64,000 nt of DNA from Azolla caroliniana (Eukaryota; Plantae; Polypodiophyta). Below, piece by piece: positions 48,060 through 59,038 of this stretch (within the stretch, counting starts at the first letter, position 1; each line of letters begins with the position of its first letter). The translations under genes and the position numbers were made by a program. The notes under the pieces are model-generated. The model was not told where the DNA came from. It was given only the letters and a program-made list of their open reading frames with translations, and made no database searches. The stretch is taken from NCBI GenBank assembly GCA_043228905.1, contig JBHGNT010000007.1, positions 8,866,001 through 8,930,000 of the forward strand. The letters are read 5' to 3'.

Positions 48060-49170
48060 CACTAATGGAAGAAGAAAAGCAGCAAAGCAGCGATGTTGGG
48101 CAAATCGATTATGTCTTTATTGTAGTGAATTCTCCCCATCGACCAAGAAGGTGGATTGGGGCATATTGCAGTGAATTCTCCCCATCGGCCAAGAAGGCAG
48201 GTAAATCAAATAACCACTAGTACTAATAGTACTAAACCCAAGTCTATTTCTCTAGGTGTGTCTGATAGTCCTAATCGCCCAAGCCTTTCAAACAAATTTG
48301 AAATCCTTAGTCAACTAGAAGAAGAGTTAAACGATTACGTTCAGCTAAAATAGGAGCCGTTTGGTTGGACAACCCTAGATCTGTGCAACCCATTAGTGGT
48401 TCCATTTCCTCTAAGCAAGTAAGCAATATGTTCTTAGCTCAAGTAATGGTTAGTACTAAAAGTACTCCTCCAGTACATGTCTTAGCACTCTTAGATTCCA
48501 GAACCAACTCTTGCTTCAGGGATAGGAATTTTGCCCAAGCTCATGAGATATCCCTAAGAAACTTTCTTGCCCAGCATCTATAGTAATTATTGATGGTCAT
48601 CCCATTGCTTCCGAAAAAATTGTAGAGGAGTCAAAGCCGATTCAAGTTGTCCTAGATAACTTGGTGTGTGTAGTATCATTTAATATAATTAGTAGTCCAT
48701 ATCATCCAATTGTCTTGGTGTTACCGTGGTTCGAATTACATAACCCAGACATAGATTGGAGAACAAGATAAATCCGATATCAACAAATTTGAGGATCTAC
48801 TCATAAGATTGCAACCATTTCCCTACAACAATTGCGTGAGGAAGGATGCAAGGGAGCAATGTTTGTCGTCGCGGTATTAGTAAAACCTTCCAACACTACT
48901 AAAAAGGAATCCACAGTTCAACTTCTAGAGAAGTATCGTCAGTATGCCGATGTGTTCGATAAGGTACAAGTCAATACACTTCCTCACCACTGAACGTATG
49001 ATTGCCCCATCGATTTACAACCGGGAAAAGAGCCACCATGGGGACCAATCTACAATTGGTCACCAACCGAGCTAGAAGTCCTTCGAGCCTATATAGAGGA
49101 GAATTTGGCAAACGGTTTCATTCGACATTCGAAATCTCCAACCGGCACACCCATTTTCTTCGTCAAGAAA
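48060..49170 (+). pseudogene. Element B zinc knuckle / protease / RT-start fragment
   Basis: LALLDS protease site; PWFELHNPDIDW-like segment; EPPWGPIYN...YIEENLANGFIRHSKSP...IFFVKK. Confidence 0.8.
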
Positions 49171-49642
49171 TGTTACCGGCCGGCAAGGAGTCCAAAATAC
49201 GGAGTGAAGGAATTAATTAAGTATGGTTGTAAATAAGCATAGTGTGGACGGACGGACTGGAAACGGTATGCCGTTCCAGATCCGGACGGATCCCGAATAG
49301 GTGCGATAGGCACCGTTTTGTACTACGGGCCGGAAACCTATTTAAAGGCCCGGACCCCATTGTAATCGCAGCGGATAATTAATAGAGCATATGGTGTTTA
49401 TACTTCTGTGTTGATTTCCGTTCTGTAGTTACTGTGATATCTTACGCGTGTAATTAACCAAAGCACTCTAATCGTGTAACCTACGTAAGTCAGTGTAATC
49501 GTTGAATCTTAATCCTATGCCGTAATCACCCTTTGGTGAAGTGTCTCCGTGACACCTTGTGTTAGGCCTTGTCCGGTCAGAGAATAACACAGTTTTGGCG
49601 ACCACGATTCCTGCTTTCTCGCAGTGAACGACGGCTTAATGG

Positions 49643-52600
49643 ATGACGAGACCAACGCACGACCTGGTTACAGACCGAGCTCGACGCCTCGCCGAACGGC
49701 AAAGACGGCGTGAGACTTTCCAGCAAGCAGCGCACGAAATTCGCTCGGATCGTTCGTTCTCCAACGAGATCCGGAGAGTCGCGGAAGAATCTCTTCGGTT
49801 ACAGCAAACTCGCGACCAGGACGACGGAAGCAGTCTAAGTAGTCTCCGGGAAACCAAACGCCTCCTCGAGGCGCTGGCAAGCGGAGAAAACGAGGCAGAA
49901 GCCTTTTCAGCCTACGAATCGGATTCCGAAGGGGGATACAGCGTGCACACGAACTACTGGAGCAGCAACGATACCCCCGGCGGCCCGAAGGACGACGGGT
50001 CGGATACCGTGCCGACTCCAGAACCGGAACCGCTCGACCAGGGCTATCCGGAACCGCAAACGGAAGCTGTCAACCCACCAACACCGGAAGTGGAAGAAGC
50101 AAAGCCACCGACACCAACGAAAGAGCCGGCGAAGGTACCGGAAGACGAGCCGGTGAAAGAACCGGAAAAAGAACCGGAAGAGGAACCGGAAAAAGCACCG
50201 GCAAAACAACCGGAAGTGGAACCGGAGAGAAAACCGGAAAGATATCAACAAACGCCACTAAACCGCGGCCTAATACTGGACGACGACATGCCGTTCCAAT
50301 ACTCAAAGTATCGCGATGATCCGGACGCGGAAGCGCATGTTCATGCCTTCGAGCAGACATGGGAAGCAAATCACACGTCCCAGCGAATGACACCGGAGGA
50401 AGAAGAACGCTCGAAGATAGCGGAATTCGGGGTCACGTTGGAAGGACCAGCGACACGATGGCGGCGGACGCAGGACCCGGAGACCATCACAACCTTTGCA
50501 GAATTAAAAGCAAAATTCTTGCATTTTTTCCACAAGGAGGTCGACCAGACGACAATGGTGGGCCTGTTTTATACGATCCGACAGGAGGCAGGGGAAAGCA
50601 TTCCCCAATTCGTCATCCGTTTCCAACGAATGCATAGCCAGCTTGCCCGTGCACCCCCGGAGGAGGAATTACGGACGATATTTTTAAACGCACTCCGGGA
50701 ACCGTTACGCACGGTGTGTACGGTAATCGACTTTCGAGGAAGCACCATTGACCAGGTCATTGACCGGGTCAGAGAAATGGAAAAGTCAAGCTCATGGCTT
50801 ACACTGGGAACACTGCAACGGGCGTTACCCACCGATGAAGATCTCCGGTTCCGGCAGGCAATTCAATGCACAATCTGCTTGAATGCCGGACACTCGGCAG
50901 TGGAGTGCAACATGCGAACTCAGTGTGTGATTTGTCAATCCAAGAGTCATACAACGGACCGGTGCGAGTATAACCTGTTAAACCGACAAGCACCACCCGT
51001 CCGACGGATCGAGCCAAGAAGCAGCCGAGACGAAGATGACGATCGTTGGCAAAGAATGAACCGGTACCGACCGGCACAGGATGTCCGGTACGGAGACAGA
51101 CAAGAGAATGATGGCCGGTACGGGAATCGGCATGATAACTACGACCGGTATGAGCGATCGGACCGTTATCGAGAGTCCAACAGACGACACGAGCAATACG
51201 ACAGAGACCATTCCCCTGGTTACCGAAGGCACCAGGAGGACTACGGCCGATTTTACGATCCACCACGACCGGACTACCGAAATAAAAATAAGAATAATAA
51301 GAAACGTAATTTCAAGAAAGGTGGTCACACTAGGGACCCGGAACATGGAACCCCAAGGAGCCAACCGGCACAGAACGCACCACTCACTACGGGACCGACT
51401 CCGGATACCAGCAATGCTGAATCCAGCAATACCCGTAAAGAGTACTGCTATTACTGCAGGCAGGAAGGCCACTACAGTAACCAGTGCCCGGCAAAGAGCT
51501 ACGATAAACGACCAGCAGTTAATATGGTGGTTCCGGAAGTGGCGGATGTACAGCAAGTAACCACACGGTCGAAAGGCATGGCCAAAGAGTGGGAAACACA
51601 AGAGGCCATACGAAAACAGGCGACGGAATGGGTGAAGGAAGCCAATGAAAGGAACGTCGCGAACGCGGAACGGCAAAAGGCGAATACCATAGGGAGTGCC
51701 GGCGGTAGCCACCCAGAAAACGAGACATGGCAAGCACTGCAAGAATGTCAGATCACGTTGCCATTAGGAAGACTCTTGCAGCTCGTGCCGCGATTTACGG
51801 AAGGACTAAAAACGGTCATGACAGACGGTAGAGCCCCACCGGCACCAGTCCTCTTCTCGAATCCGGAGGAGGGACCGACGGTGGTGGACACTAGTAGTCC
51901 GGTGATTACAGCTATTGTCAAAGGGCACGAACTTCCCGGCACAGTAATCGATGGAGGTTCCGGGGTGAACGTAATAAGCCTCCACACGTGTGATGCCTTG
52001 GGTATACATGAATGGGAGCCATGTCCGTTCTGGCTACGGATGGCGGATACGAGCTCTGTACGGCCGACGGGCTTAATACGGAAATTGGAAGTCACCATAG
52101 TAGGTCACACATTTCACATCTCGGCTGTAGTGCTGCAGCTACAGGCGCAAGGCGCGTACCCTCTATTGCTGGGCAGACCATGGTTGAAAACAGCACACAT
52201 CAAGCAAAATTGGCGGAAAAATATGATTACCTTCCGGCGCGGAAAAGCCAAGGTCCGGATACCGACACAACCACGGACGAGCAACGGTAAGGAATGCACA
52301 CCGCTATATGCGGAATGCGTGAACATGCTTGAAGGGTTGGCAGACGACGAAGAAGCCCAGTACTTGGAGGAACACCCGAAGATCGTACCACTCTTCGAGA
52401 TTGACGTAGCTGAAGCCGTAGCGCCATACTTGCCGCAGCGGGACGAAACCGAAGCCGAACCAGACAAAGATTCGATTCGGGAATTACGGCAAGCACAGGA
52501 AGCGTTGGAACGGGAAATGGTCGTTTCCCAACGGGTAAAAACATCCCAGCTCGACGAAGTGAACCTAGGAAGCAAGGACGAATCAAAGCCGGTACACATC

Positions 52601-55513
52601 GCCAAAGAAATGAAGTCGGAAGATAAAGCGGCGATGATCAAACTTCTCACGGAGTTTCGCGACGTATTCGCCTGGTCATACGAAGACATGCGAGGGCTGG
52701 ACCCTCAATTATATCAGCATCAGATCCACTTAGGCAAGGACGCGAAACCAGTGGCGCAAAGACGTTACCGAATGAACCCCAACTACGCCGCCAAAGTGAA
52801 GGAGGAAATCGACAAACTCCTAAGAGTGGGCTTCATCCGGCCGGTAAAGAAAGCGACGTGGCTGAGCCCCATCGTCGTCGTCCCAAAGAAGAACGGTAAA
52901 ATCCGCGTGTGTGTAGATTACAGGAAACTAAATGCAGCCACAATTACGGATGCATTCCCTCTTCCGTTCACGGATGGAGTACTGGATGCCGTTGCCGGCC
53001 ATGAAGTTTATAGTTTTTTAGACGGGTTCAGCGGATACAATCAAATCCGGATGCACCCTGACGACCAGGAGAAGACAGCGTTCGTCACCGAATGGGGGGT
53101 GTTTGTGGCCGAAGTAATGATGTTCGGCCTAAAAACGGCACCAGCAACTTTCCAGCGAATCATCATGGAGATCTTCGGCGAATACATTCCTGCCTTCATG
53201 CAGGTTTTCCTGGATGATTTTGCAGTCTATAGCCAGGGAAAAGACCATTTGCAGCACCTACGGTTATGCCTTGAAAAGTGTAGGTTATACCGGCTAAGCT
53301 TAAACCCAGCAAAATGCATCTTTGGGGTTTCAAGTGGAATCTTACTGGGACACATTGTAAGTAAGGAGGGCATTGCGGTCGACCCGGACAAAGTAAACGC
53401 GATACTAGGGGCACCGGCGCCGAAAACGGCCAAAGCACTAAGCCGATTCTTAGGACAGATCCGGTGGCACAGCCGGATGCTCCGTCACTTGGCTGACTTG
53501 GCTACACCATTACACACCGCGGTACATCGGACACCGTTCCAATGGACGGATACGGAGGATAAGGCATACAATGCCCTGAAGGTACTTTTGTCGCAAGCAC
53601 CCGTCGTGCAGCCTCCGGATTGGAGCAAGGAATTTCATGTGTTCGTTGACGCTTCCGACATCGCTATCGGCAGCGCCTTAATGCAACTTACGGAGCCTAA
53701 ATGGTACCGGCCGGTATATTACGCCAGCCGGAAGCTGTCCCAAGCGGAGAAGAACTATTCGACGACGGAACGGGAGGCCCTGGGCATGATCTACAGTGTC
53801 ACAAAGTTTCGTCATTACCTATTGGGAAGGAAGTTCTCCTTCCATGTGGATCACTCGGCGCTCCTGTACTTAGTGTCCAAGGCGTCCCTGACCGGTAAGT
53901 TGGCCCGTTGGACCTTGCTGTTGCAGGAGTTCGAATTCGAGATCTTCCACCGGCCCGGTATCCAGCATGCCGTAGCAGACTACCTGAGCCGGTTAGAGTC
54001 TGGAGAATCAGGCGACGGAGTATCGGATGAATTCCCGGACGCAGAGTTATTCCGTATCACCCCGGAAACGGCAGCGGACAACACGGTGGCATCAGAAGAT
54101 AGGTGGCTGACAAACATGCACCAGTTCCTAAGCACGGGCCTGCCACCGGAGGAAATGAACCGGGACGAGAGGAAACGACTGGCGGTGCAGAGCCGCAATT
54201 TCTGTCTGTTACGGGACACTCTCTACCACAAGGGAGCAGATGGAATATGGAGACGGGCAGTCCGTAGTGACGAGAAACAAGTAATCTTACGGGAAGCACA
54301 CTATGGGGTTGCCGGAGGACACTATGCCGGGGAAGCGACGGCAAGGAAAGTATGGCAGAGCGGCTTATGGTGGCCCACGACGTTAAAAGACGTCGTCAAG
54401 TATGCTAAGGAATGTGACCTATGCCAACGAATGGGCCAGCCTACGGAGCAAGCACGGATGCCACACCAACCGGTACTTCCACTAGAGCCATTCCAGAAGT
54501 GGGGGTTGGATTTTGTCAGACCGTTCAAGCCACCGGCAATGAGAACGGGTAATCGTTATGTCATCGTGGCAACGGATTATTGCACTAAATGGGTGGAGGC
54601 TAAGGCCTTGAGAGACAATACCGCGTCATCCACAGCAAAAGTCCTGTACGAGAACATTTGGTGCCGATATGGATGTCCGATTGAATTAATCAGCGACCAA
54701 GGAGGGCACTTCCTCGGCCAGGTAGTTGAAAGCTTAACAACGTTCTATGCCGTGGTCCATAAACGGAGCACACCGTACTACCCACAAGCGAACGGGTTAG
54801 CAGAGTCAACCAACAAAACGCTCCAGAAAATTCTCCGCAAAATCGTCAATGAAAACCGGACGGACTGGGATACAAAGCTCCATAGCGCGCTATGGGCGTA
54901 CCGAACGGCATACAAAACAAGTATCCGGACAACGCCGTTCCGGTTAGCGTTCGGCTTAGAGGCGGTCATGCCGGTGGAATTTCAGGTACCAAGCTTACGG
55001 ATCCAACTACGGGAACGGCTGAATGAAAAGGAGTCGGAGGAAATGCGGCTAGCAGCACTATGCGAACTGGAGGAGCAACGGCTGGCCAGCATCCTACACA
55101 TGGAACTGGAGCAACGACGACGGAAAGCGTTCGTTGACCGTCACCGGAAAGGTAATGAAAAGATGTTCGAAATCGGAAAGCCGGTGCTAGTATTCCAAAC
55201 GAGGATGGGCAAGATGCCGGGTAAACTCCGGTTTAGATGGACAGGCCCGTATTGGCTGACACGGGAATACAACGGGTCCTATCAGTTAGGGACACTTGCC
55301 GGTGAAGTGCTAGGCAAGTGGGTCAACGGATTTAGACTAAAGCCCTATAAAGGACCGATGCCAAATAACCCGTTTATGCAGCCCACCGGCACTATACCGG
55401 GAACGGTACGGATGGAAGAAAAAGACGACGGGGAACCCGTAGCAGAGGCGAAGGAAGACACGGCAACCCGTAAGGAAAACGGTAAGGGTCCGAAGGGACC
55501 TACGGATGTGTAA
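49643..55513 (+). CDS. Element F uninterrupted Gag-Pol (1956 aa)
   Basis: Gag with three CCHC-type motifs; protease VIDGGSG; RT CVDYRKLN/FLDGFSGYNQI/MMFGLKTAP/VFLDD; RNase H VDASD/TTERE; integrase H-H-C-C, GLDF, SDQG, AESTN. No chromodomain. Confidence 0.96.
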   Translation: MTRPTHDLVTDRARRLAERQRRRETFQQAAHEIRSDRSFSNEIRRVAEESLRLQQTRDQDDGSSLSSLRETKRLLEALASGENEAEAFSAYESDSEGGYSVHTNYWSSNDTPGGPKDDGSDTVPTPEPEPLDQGYPEPQTEAVNPPTPEVEEAKPPTPTKEPAKVPEDEPVKEPEKEPEEEPEKAPAKQPEVEPERKPERYQQTPLNRGLILDDDMPFQYSKYRDDPDAEAHVHAFEQTWEANHTSQRMTPEEEERSKIAEFGVTLEGPATRWRRTQDPETITTFAELKAKFLHFFHKEVDQTTMVGLFYTIRQEAGESIPQFVIRFQRMHSQLARAPPEEELRTIFLNALREPLRTVCTVIDFRGSTIDQVIDRVREMEKSSSWLTLGTLQRALPTDEDLRFRQAIQCTICLNAGHSAVECNMRTQCVICQSKSHTTDRCEYNLLNRQAPPVRRIEPRSSRDEDDDRWQRMNRYRPAQDVRYGDRQENDGRYGNRHDNYDRYERSDRYRESNRRHEQYDRDHSPGYRRHQEDYGRFYDPPRPDYRNKNKNNKKRNFKKGGHTRDPEHGTPRSQPAQNAPLTTGPTPDTSNAESSNTRKEYCYYCRQEGHYSNQCPAKSYDKRPAVNMVVPEVADVQQVTTRSKGMAKEWETQEAIRKQATEWVKEANERNVANAERQKANTIGSAGGSHPENETWQALQECQITLPLGRLLQLVPRFTEGLKTVMTDGRAPPAPVLFSNPEEGPTVVDTSSPVITAIVKGHELPGTVIDGGSGVNVISLHTCDALGIHEWEPCPFWLRMADTSSVRPTGLIRKLEVTIVGHTFHISAVVLQLQAQGAYPLLLGRPWLKTAHIKQNWRKNMITFRRGKAKVRIPTQPRTSNGKECTPLYAECVNMLEGLADDEEAQYLEEHPKIVPLFEIDVAEAVAPYLPQRDETEAEPDKDSIRELRQAQEALEREMVVSQRVKTSQLDEVNLGSKDESKPVHIAKEMKSEDKAAMIKLLTEFRDVFAWSYEDMRGLDPQLYQHQIHLGKDAKPVAQRRYRMNPNYAAKVKEEIDKLLRVGFIRPVKKATWLSPIVVVPKKNGKIRVCVDYRKLNAATITDAFPLPFTDGVLDAVAGHEVYSFLDGFSGYNQIRMHPDDQEKTAFVTEWGVFVAEVMMFGLKTAPATFQRIIMEIFGEYIPAFMQVFLDDFAVYSQGKDHLQHLRLCLEKCRLYRLSLNPAKCIFGVSSGILLGHIVSKEGIAVDPDKVNAILGAPAPKTAKALSRFLGQIRWHSRMLRHLADLATPLHTAVHRTPFQWTDTEDKAYNALKVLLSQAPVVQPPDWSKEFHVFVDASDIAIGSALMQLTEPKWYRPVYYASRKLSQAEKNYSTTEREALGMIYSVTKFRHYLLGRKFSFHVDHSALLYLVSKASLTGKLARWTLLLQEFEFEIFHRPGIQHAVADYLSRLESGESGDGVSDEFPDAELFRITPETAADNTVASEDRWLTNMHQFLSTGLPPEEMNRDERKRLAVQSRNFCLLRDTLYHKGADGIWRRAVRSDEKQVILREAHYGVAGGHYAGEATARKVWQSGLWWPTTLKDVVKYAKECDLCQRMGQPTEQARMPHQPVLPLEPFQKWGLDFVRPFKPPAMRTGNRYVIVATDYCTKWVEAKALRDNTASSTAKVLYENIWCRYGCPIELISDQGGHFLGQVVESLTTFYAVVHKRSTPYYPQANGLAESTNKTLQKILRKIVNENRTDWDTKLHSALWAYRTAYKTSIRTTPFRLAFGLEAVMPVEFQVPSLRIQLRERLNEKESEEMRLAALCELEEQRLASILHMELEQRRRKAFVDRHRKGNEKMFEIGKPVLVFQTRMGKMPGKLRFRWTGPYWLTREYNGSYQLGTLAGEVLGKWVNGFRLKPYKGPMPNNPFMQPTGTIPGTVRMEEKDDGEPVAEAKEDTATRKENGKGPKGPTDV

Positions 55514-55892
55514 GATCACATACCGTCATTAAAAAAAAAAGAAAAAAAAAAAGAAAAAAAACAAATCATTAAAAATCAAGGTATGAACGGACGTGAAAGC
55601 AAGGAGCGAAAAGGTACGTAGTGGGCATTTAAGAGCCGCCACGTTACTTAATACTAAATTGGTACACGACGTGCGCATGCTCGGAAAAGGCGCCAAGACG
55701 CACAGAGAAAAAGCAGAACGCATGGAGACCTTTTCATTTCGCGAGCCAAGAAGCACAAAAGCACCAAGGCAGTGGAAGCTTAGCAAACGCGAACCTGCAC
55801 TCAGAGAACCCCCACGTTCGGAACTCTCTATCTCTCGCTCTCGCTCTCATCACCACTCTACCTCGCCATCTTTCCTCGACCTCGAAGCAGAC

Positions 55893-58562
55893 ATGGAACC
55901 ACAAACGCTGTCGGAAGCGGCCATGAAATGGCTCAGGCAACACGGACTGGATGGGTTCTTGACCATCATGGAGGCACCACCGCACAAAGAAGCCGACCAG
56001 GTCATCAAGGAGCTCGACAAAGAAGTCATCACCGAGGAAGCGATCCGTGCGCTAACAGGCCTTCCGGAAGGAGGTATTTTTCAGATCGATAACCCAACCT
56101 CGGAGCAACTCATCCGATATTTCGGTGGGTACTTTGTAGCCGGCAAAGGCTATCGAACGCAGGGTGGCGAAGATCCGCTATTCAGGGAGATAGCTCGAGT
56201 GCTCCATGAGTACGGCCACGTGTACCCCCGACCCCCTGTCATGCCAAAAAATCGGGCAGGGATGATCATAGCCACCTATGAAGGGATCAAGGTGGATTGG
56301 CCGGTGTTGATTGCAGACGGTTTGTGCGCGGCAATCGACACGGTACGAGGAAAGGACGGCAAGGAGGGCCGGAAGCTGTGGCATGCCGTAGCTCAGTGGA
56401 TAACATTGCTCGTGCCGCCGGTCGAGACCGTTCAGCCAAAGAAACGGCCAAGATTATCGGAAGGAAGCACCTCGAAACCCGCGTCCAAACGACAGCAGCT
56501 GCTGGCGTCGAAGGCGACGAAAGGGAAGAAACGGCTCCCAGAACCGGAGGAGGTGTCACCGGTCCGACCCGTTAAGATAACCATACGGTGACCGGGACAG
56601 AAGGAACCGGAACCCTTGACGGCACAGATACATGCCGCTACCCAGGAAGAGGAAACGGAGGAGCCAGTAGAGCACCTCCAACGACGGTCAAGAAGTAGGA
56701 CCGCCGGGACAGCGGGGGAGCGTTCGGACCCACAAAAGGAAGAAACGCCCCCAACTCAACCTGAGCAAACCACAAGGGAGGAACCGGAACCGGTGCGTCT
56801 AGAACCGGCCTTGTCGACTTCTATGCAAGAAGTCATTCCAACGGCTCCGGAGACGGCGAGAACCGGAACTCAACAGCCGGCGAGCCCAGCCAGCACACAC
56901 GGCGGCCAAGGAGTAGAACCAGAACGGCAGATACAGGCACTCAGGCCAGACAATTCCACAGTGAACGAGCCGACCCGACCAGTACAGCAGCAAGGCACCA
57001 GTAGCATGTGGCTACGGTGGGTAGGCGAGCAGATCGCTGGAGCGGTCGAGTACATAGAGGCGGAGGAGAGAGCGCACCACGAACGGTTGCTCGTCACAAC
57101 CGTAGATCTAGAGACGGCCCGGTCCAAAATCCGGAGCCTTGAACAAGACTTGGACAGGGTCACAAGGGAAATGGCTCAATTGGCTTTGACAACACAAGTC
57201 CAAGCACCGGTGACTCCGGGCAATGTACAGAATAAAGCGTCAGATCAACCTGTACATAGCAATCAGACCCCGGCAACGGAAACCGTTCCGGAGAGAAATG
57301 CGGCACAAGCCCAAGAGCTTGCGGACTTAAAGGATGAGCTAGCTGCCCAGGAAGCGCTGAGGAGCCGCGAAAGAGAGTTGAAGACGGCAGCGGAGGCAGA
57401 ACTCAAAAAGACTGCTGAGAATCTACGTCGGGCCGAGGAGAGCTTACGAAAAGGCCACCAAGCGTACGACCGGCTCAAGGAGGAAAAGGAGAAAATGCTG
57501 CAAGAGAAGGTCAGGCTCCGGAGAAACGCCAAAACAGAAGTAGAGCGCCTGAAAGAGGAACTCCGGCAGCTAAAGGACCGGGAGGACCGGAACCATCACC
57601 AGATCAACGGCAAGCTCAAACAAAAAACGGAGGAATTTGAGCACTTGCACCGGGAGTATAAACGGTTGCAAACGGAGCACAAGGAACGGACGGATGAGCT
57701 CCGGCAAGCAATTGATCGGACCGCAACGGCATACGCTAAGGAACAAGCGGAAACCAGAAGACGGTTGGAAGAGGCGGAGAAGGTTCAGACAGAGCTCCTC
57801 AGGCAACAGCAGGCGGAAAAAGAAAGAGCGGCGGAGGTACTGCAGAGGCTGCAAACAACATATCAAGGGCAGCTGACGCGCTACAGAGAGCAGGCGGAGG
57901 ATACGGCTAGTCTCATTAAGCAGTTGAAGGAGGAACGACAAGTTGTGGAAAGTAGAGCGCAAATGGGAGCAAGTCGCATCCAGGATATCATTCGGGCCTG
58001 GTTGAACCAGACCAAGAGCTTGATTGACAACGGTTCCGTCAAATGGTGGACCAAGTGGGCCACGAACGCGGCGGAACTCCAATTGCTCCGGGCCGACGTA
58101 GAGAACCGGCGGAAGGAGGGAGATGATTGCTATATGCTGACTTCTGAAGACTTCACCGGCATAAGAGATGAGCTGGCCGAAGACTTTCAAGCCTTGGCAG
58201 AGGACCAACTAGGGCAAGTCCGGCAACTTGTAGCTCAGCTGGACGACGACAGGCTAGAGGCGCAGATCCAGTTTGAAAGCTACGAGAGGTCCCGGATCCG
58301 GGAAGAGAAAGCACGAGAACCAGTAACGGTCAACCTCAGTGATGAGGAACCGTTACTGGAAGGAGACCGGACCGGAAGCAGTCAAACGGGGATGCCGGAG
58401 TCAGAGAAACAAACGGAGCAGCCGCCTATAGAGCAGCCGGAACAGCCTCAATCCCAACCGCAACCACAGCAGCAGCAGCAAGCACAGCCGCAACAACCAC
58501 AACCGGAAGAACAAGTGGAAACTCTGGAACAAAGTATTTTGGACAATTTGGGTGAACAATGA
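55893..58562 (+). CDS. Element F extra ORF in the env position (~889 codons, one internal TGA at 56589-56591): globular N-terminal domain plus long coiled coil
   Basis: ORFs 55593..56591 and 56616..58562 share a frame. ITEEAIRALTGLP resembles plant mobile-element ORF domains; E/K/Q/R-rich heptads at ~57300-58300. Confidence 0.75.
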
Positions 58563-59038
58563 AGGGGCCGAGAAGGGTTCGACGTACAAGGTACTGTCCC
58601 ACGGGCGTGCCATGTGTTACCGGCCGGCAAGGAGTCCAAAATACGGAGTGAAGGAATTAATTAAGTATGGTTGTAAATAAGCATAGTGTGGACGGACGGA
58701 CTGGAAACGGTATGCCGTTCCAGATCCGGACGGATCCCGAATAGGTGCGATAGGCACCGTTTTGTACTACGGGCCGGAAACCTATTTAAAGGCCCGGACC
58801 CCATTGTAATCGCAGCGGATAATTAATAGAGCATATGGTGTTTATACTTCTGTGTTGATTTCCGTTCTGTAGTTACTGTGATATCTTACGCGTGTAATTA
58901 ACCAAAGCACTCTAATCGTGTAACCTACGTAAGTCGGTGTAATCGTTGAATCTTAATCCTATGCCGTAATCACCCTTTGGTGAAGTGTCTCCGTGATACC
59001 TTGTGTTAGGCCTTGTCCGGTCAGAGAATAACAAGAAA

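Larger units (their letters stand above)
49171..59033 (+). mobile_element. Element F: recent full-length Athila/OTA-like Ty3/gypsy with an extra 3' ORF
   Basis: LTRs 49171-49589 and 58615-59033 (419 bp, ~2 differences seen); PBS tggcgaccac (49596-49605, tRNA-Arg-like); perfect TSD agaaa. Confidence 0.95.
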
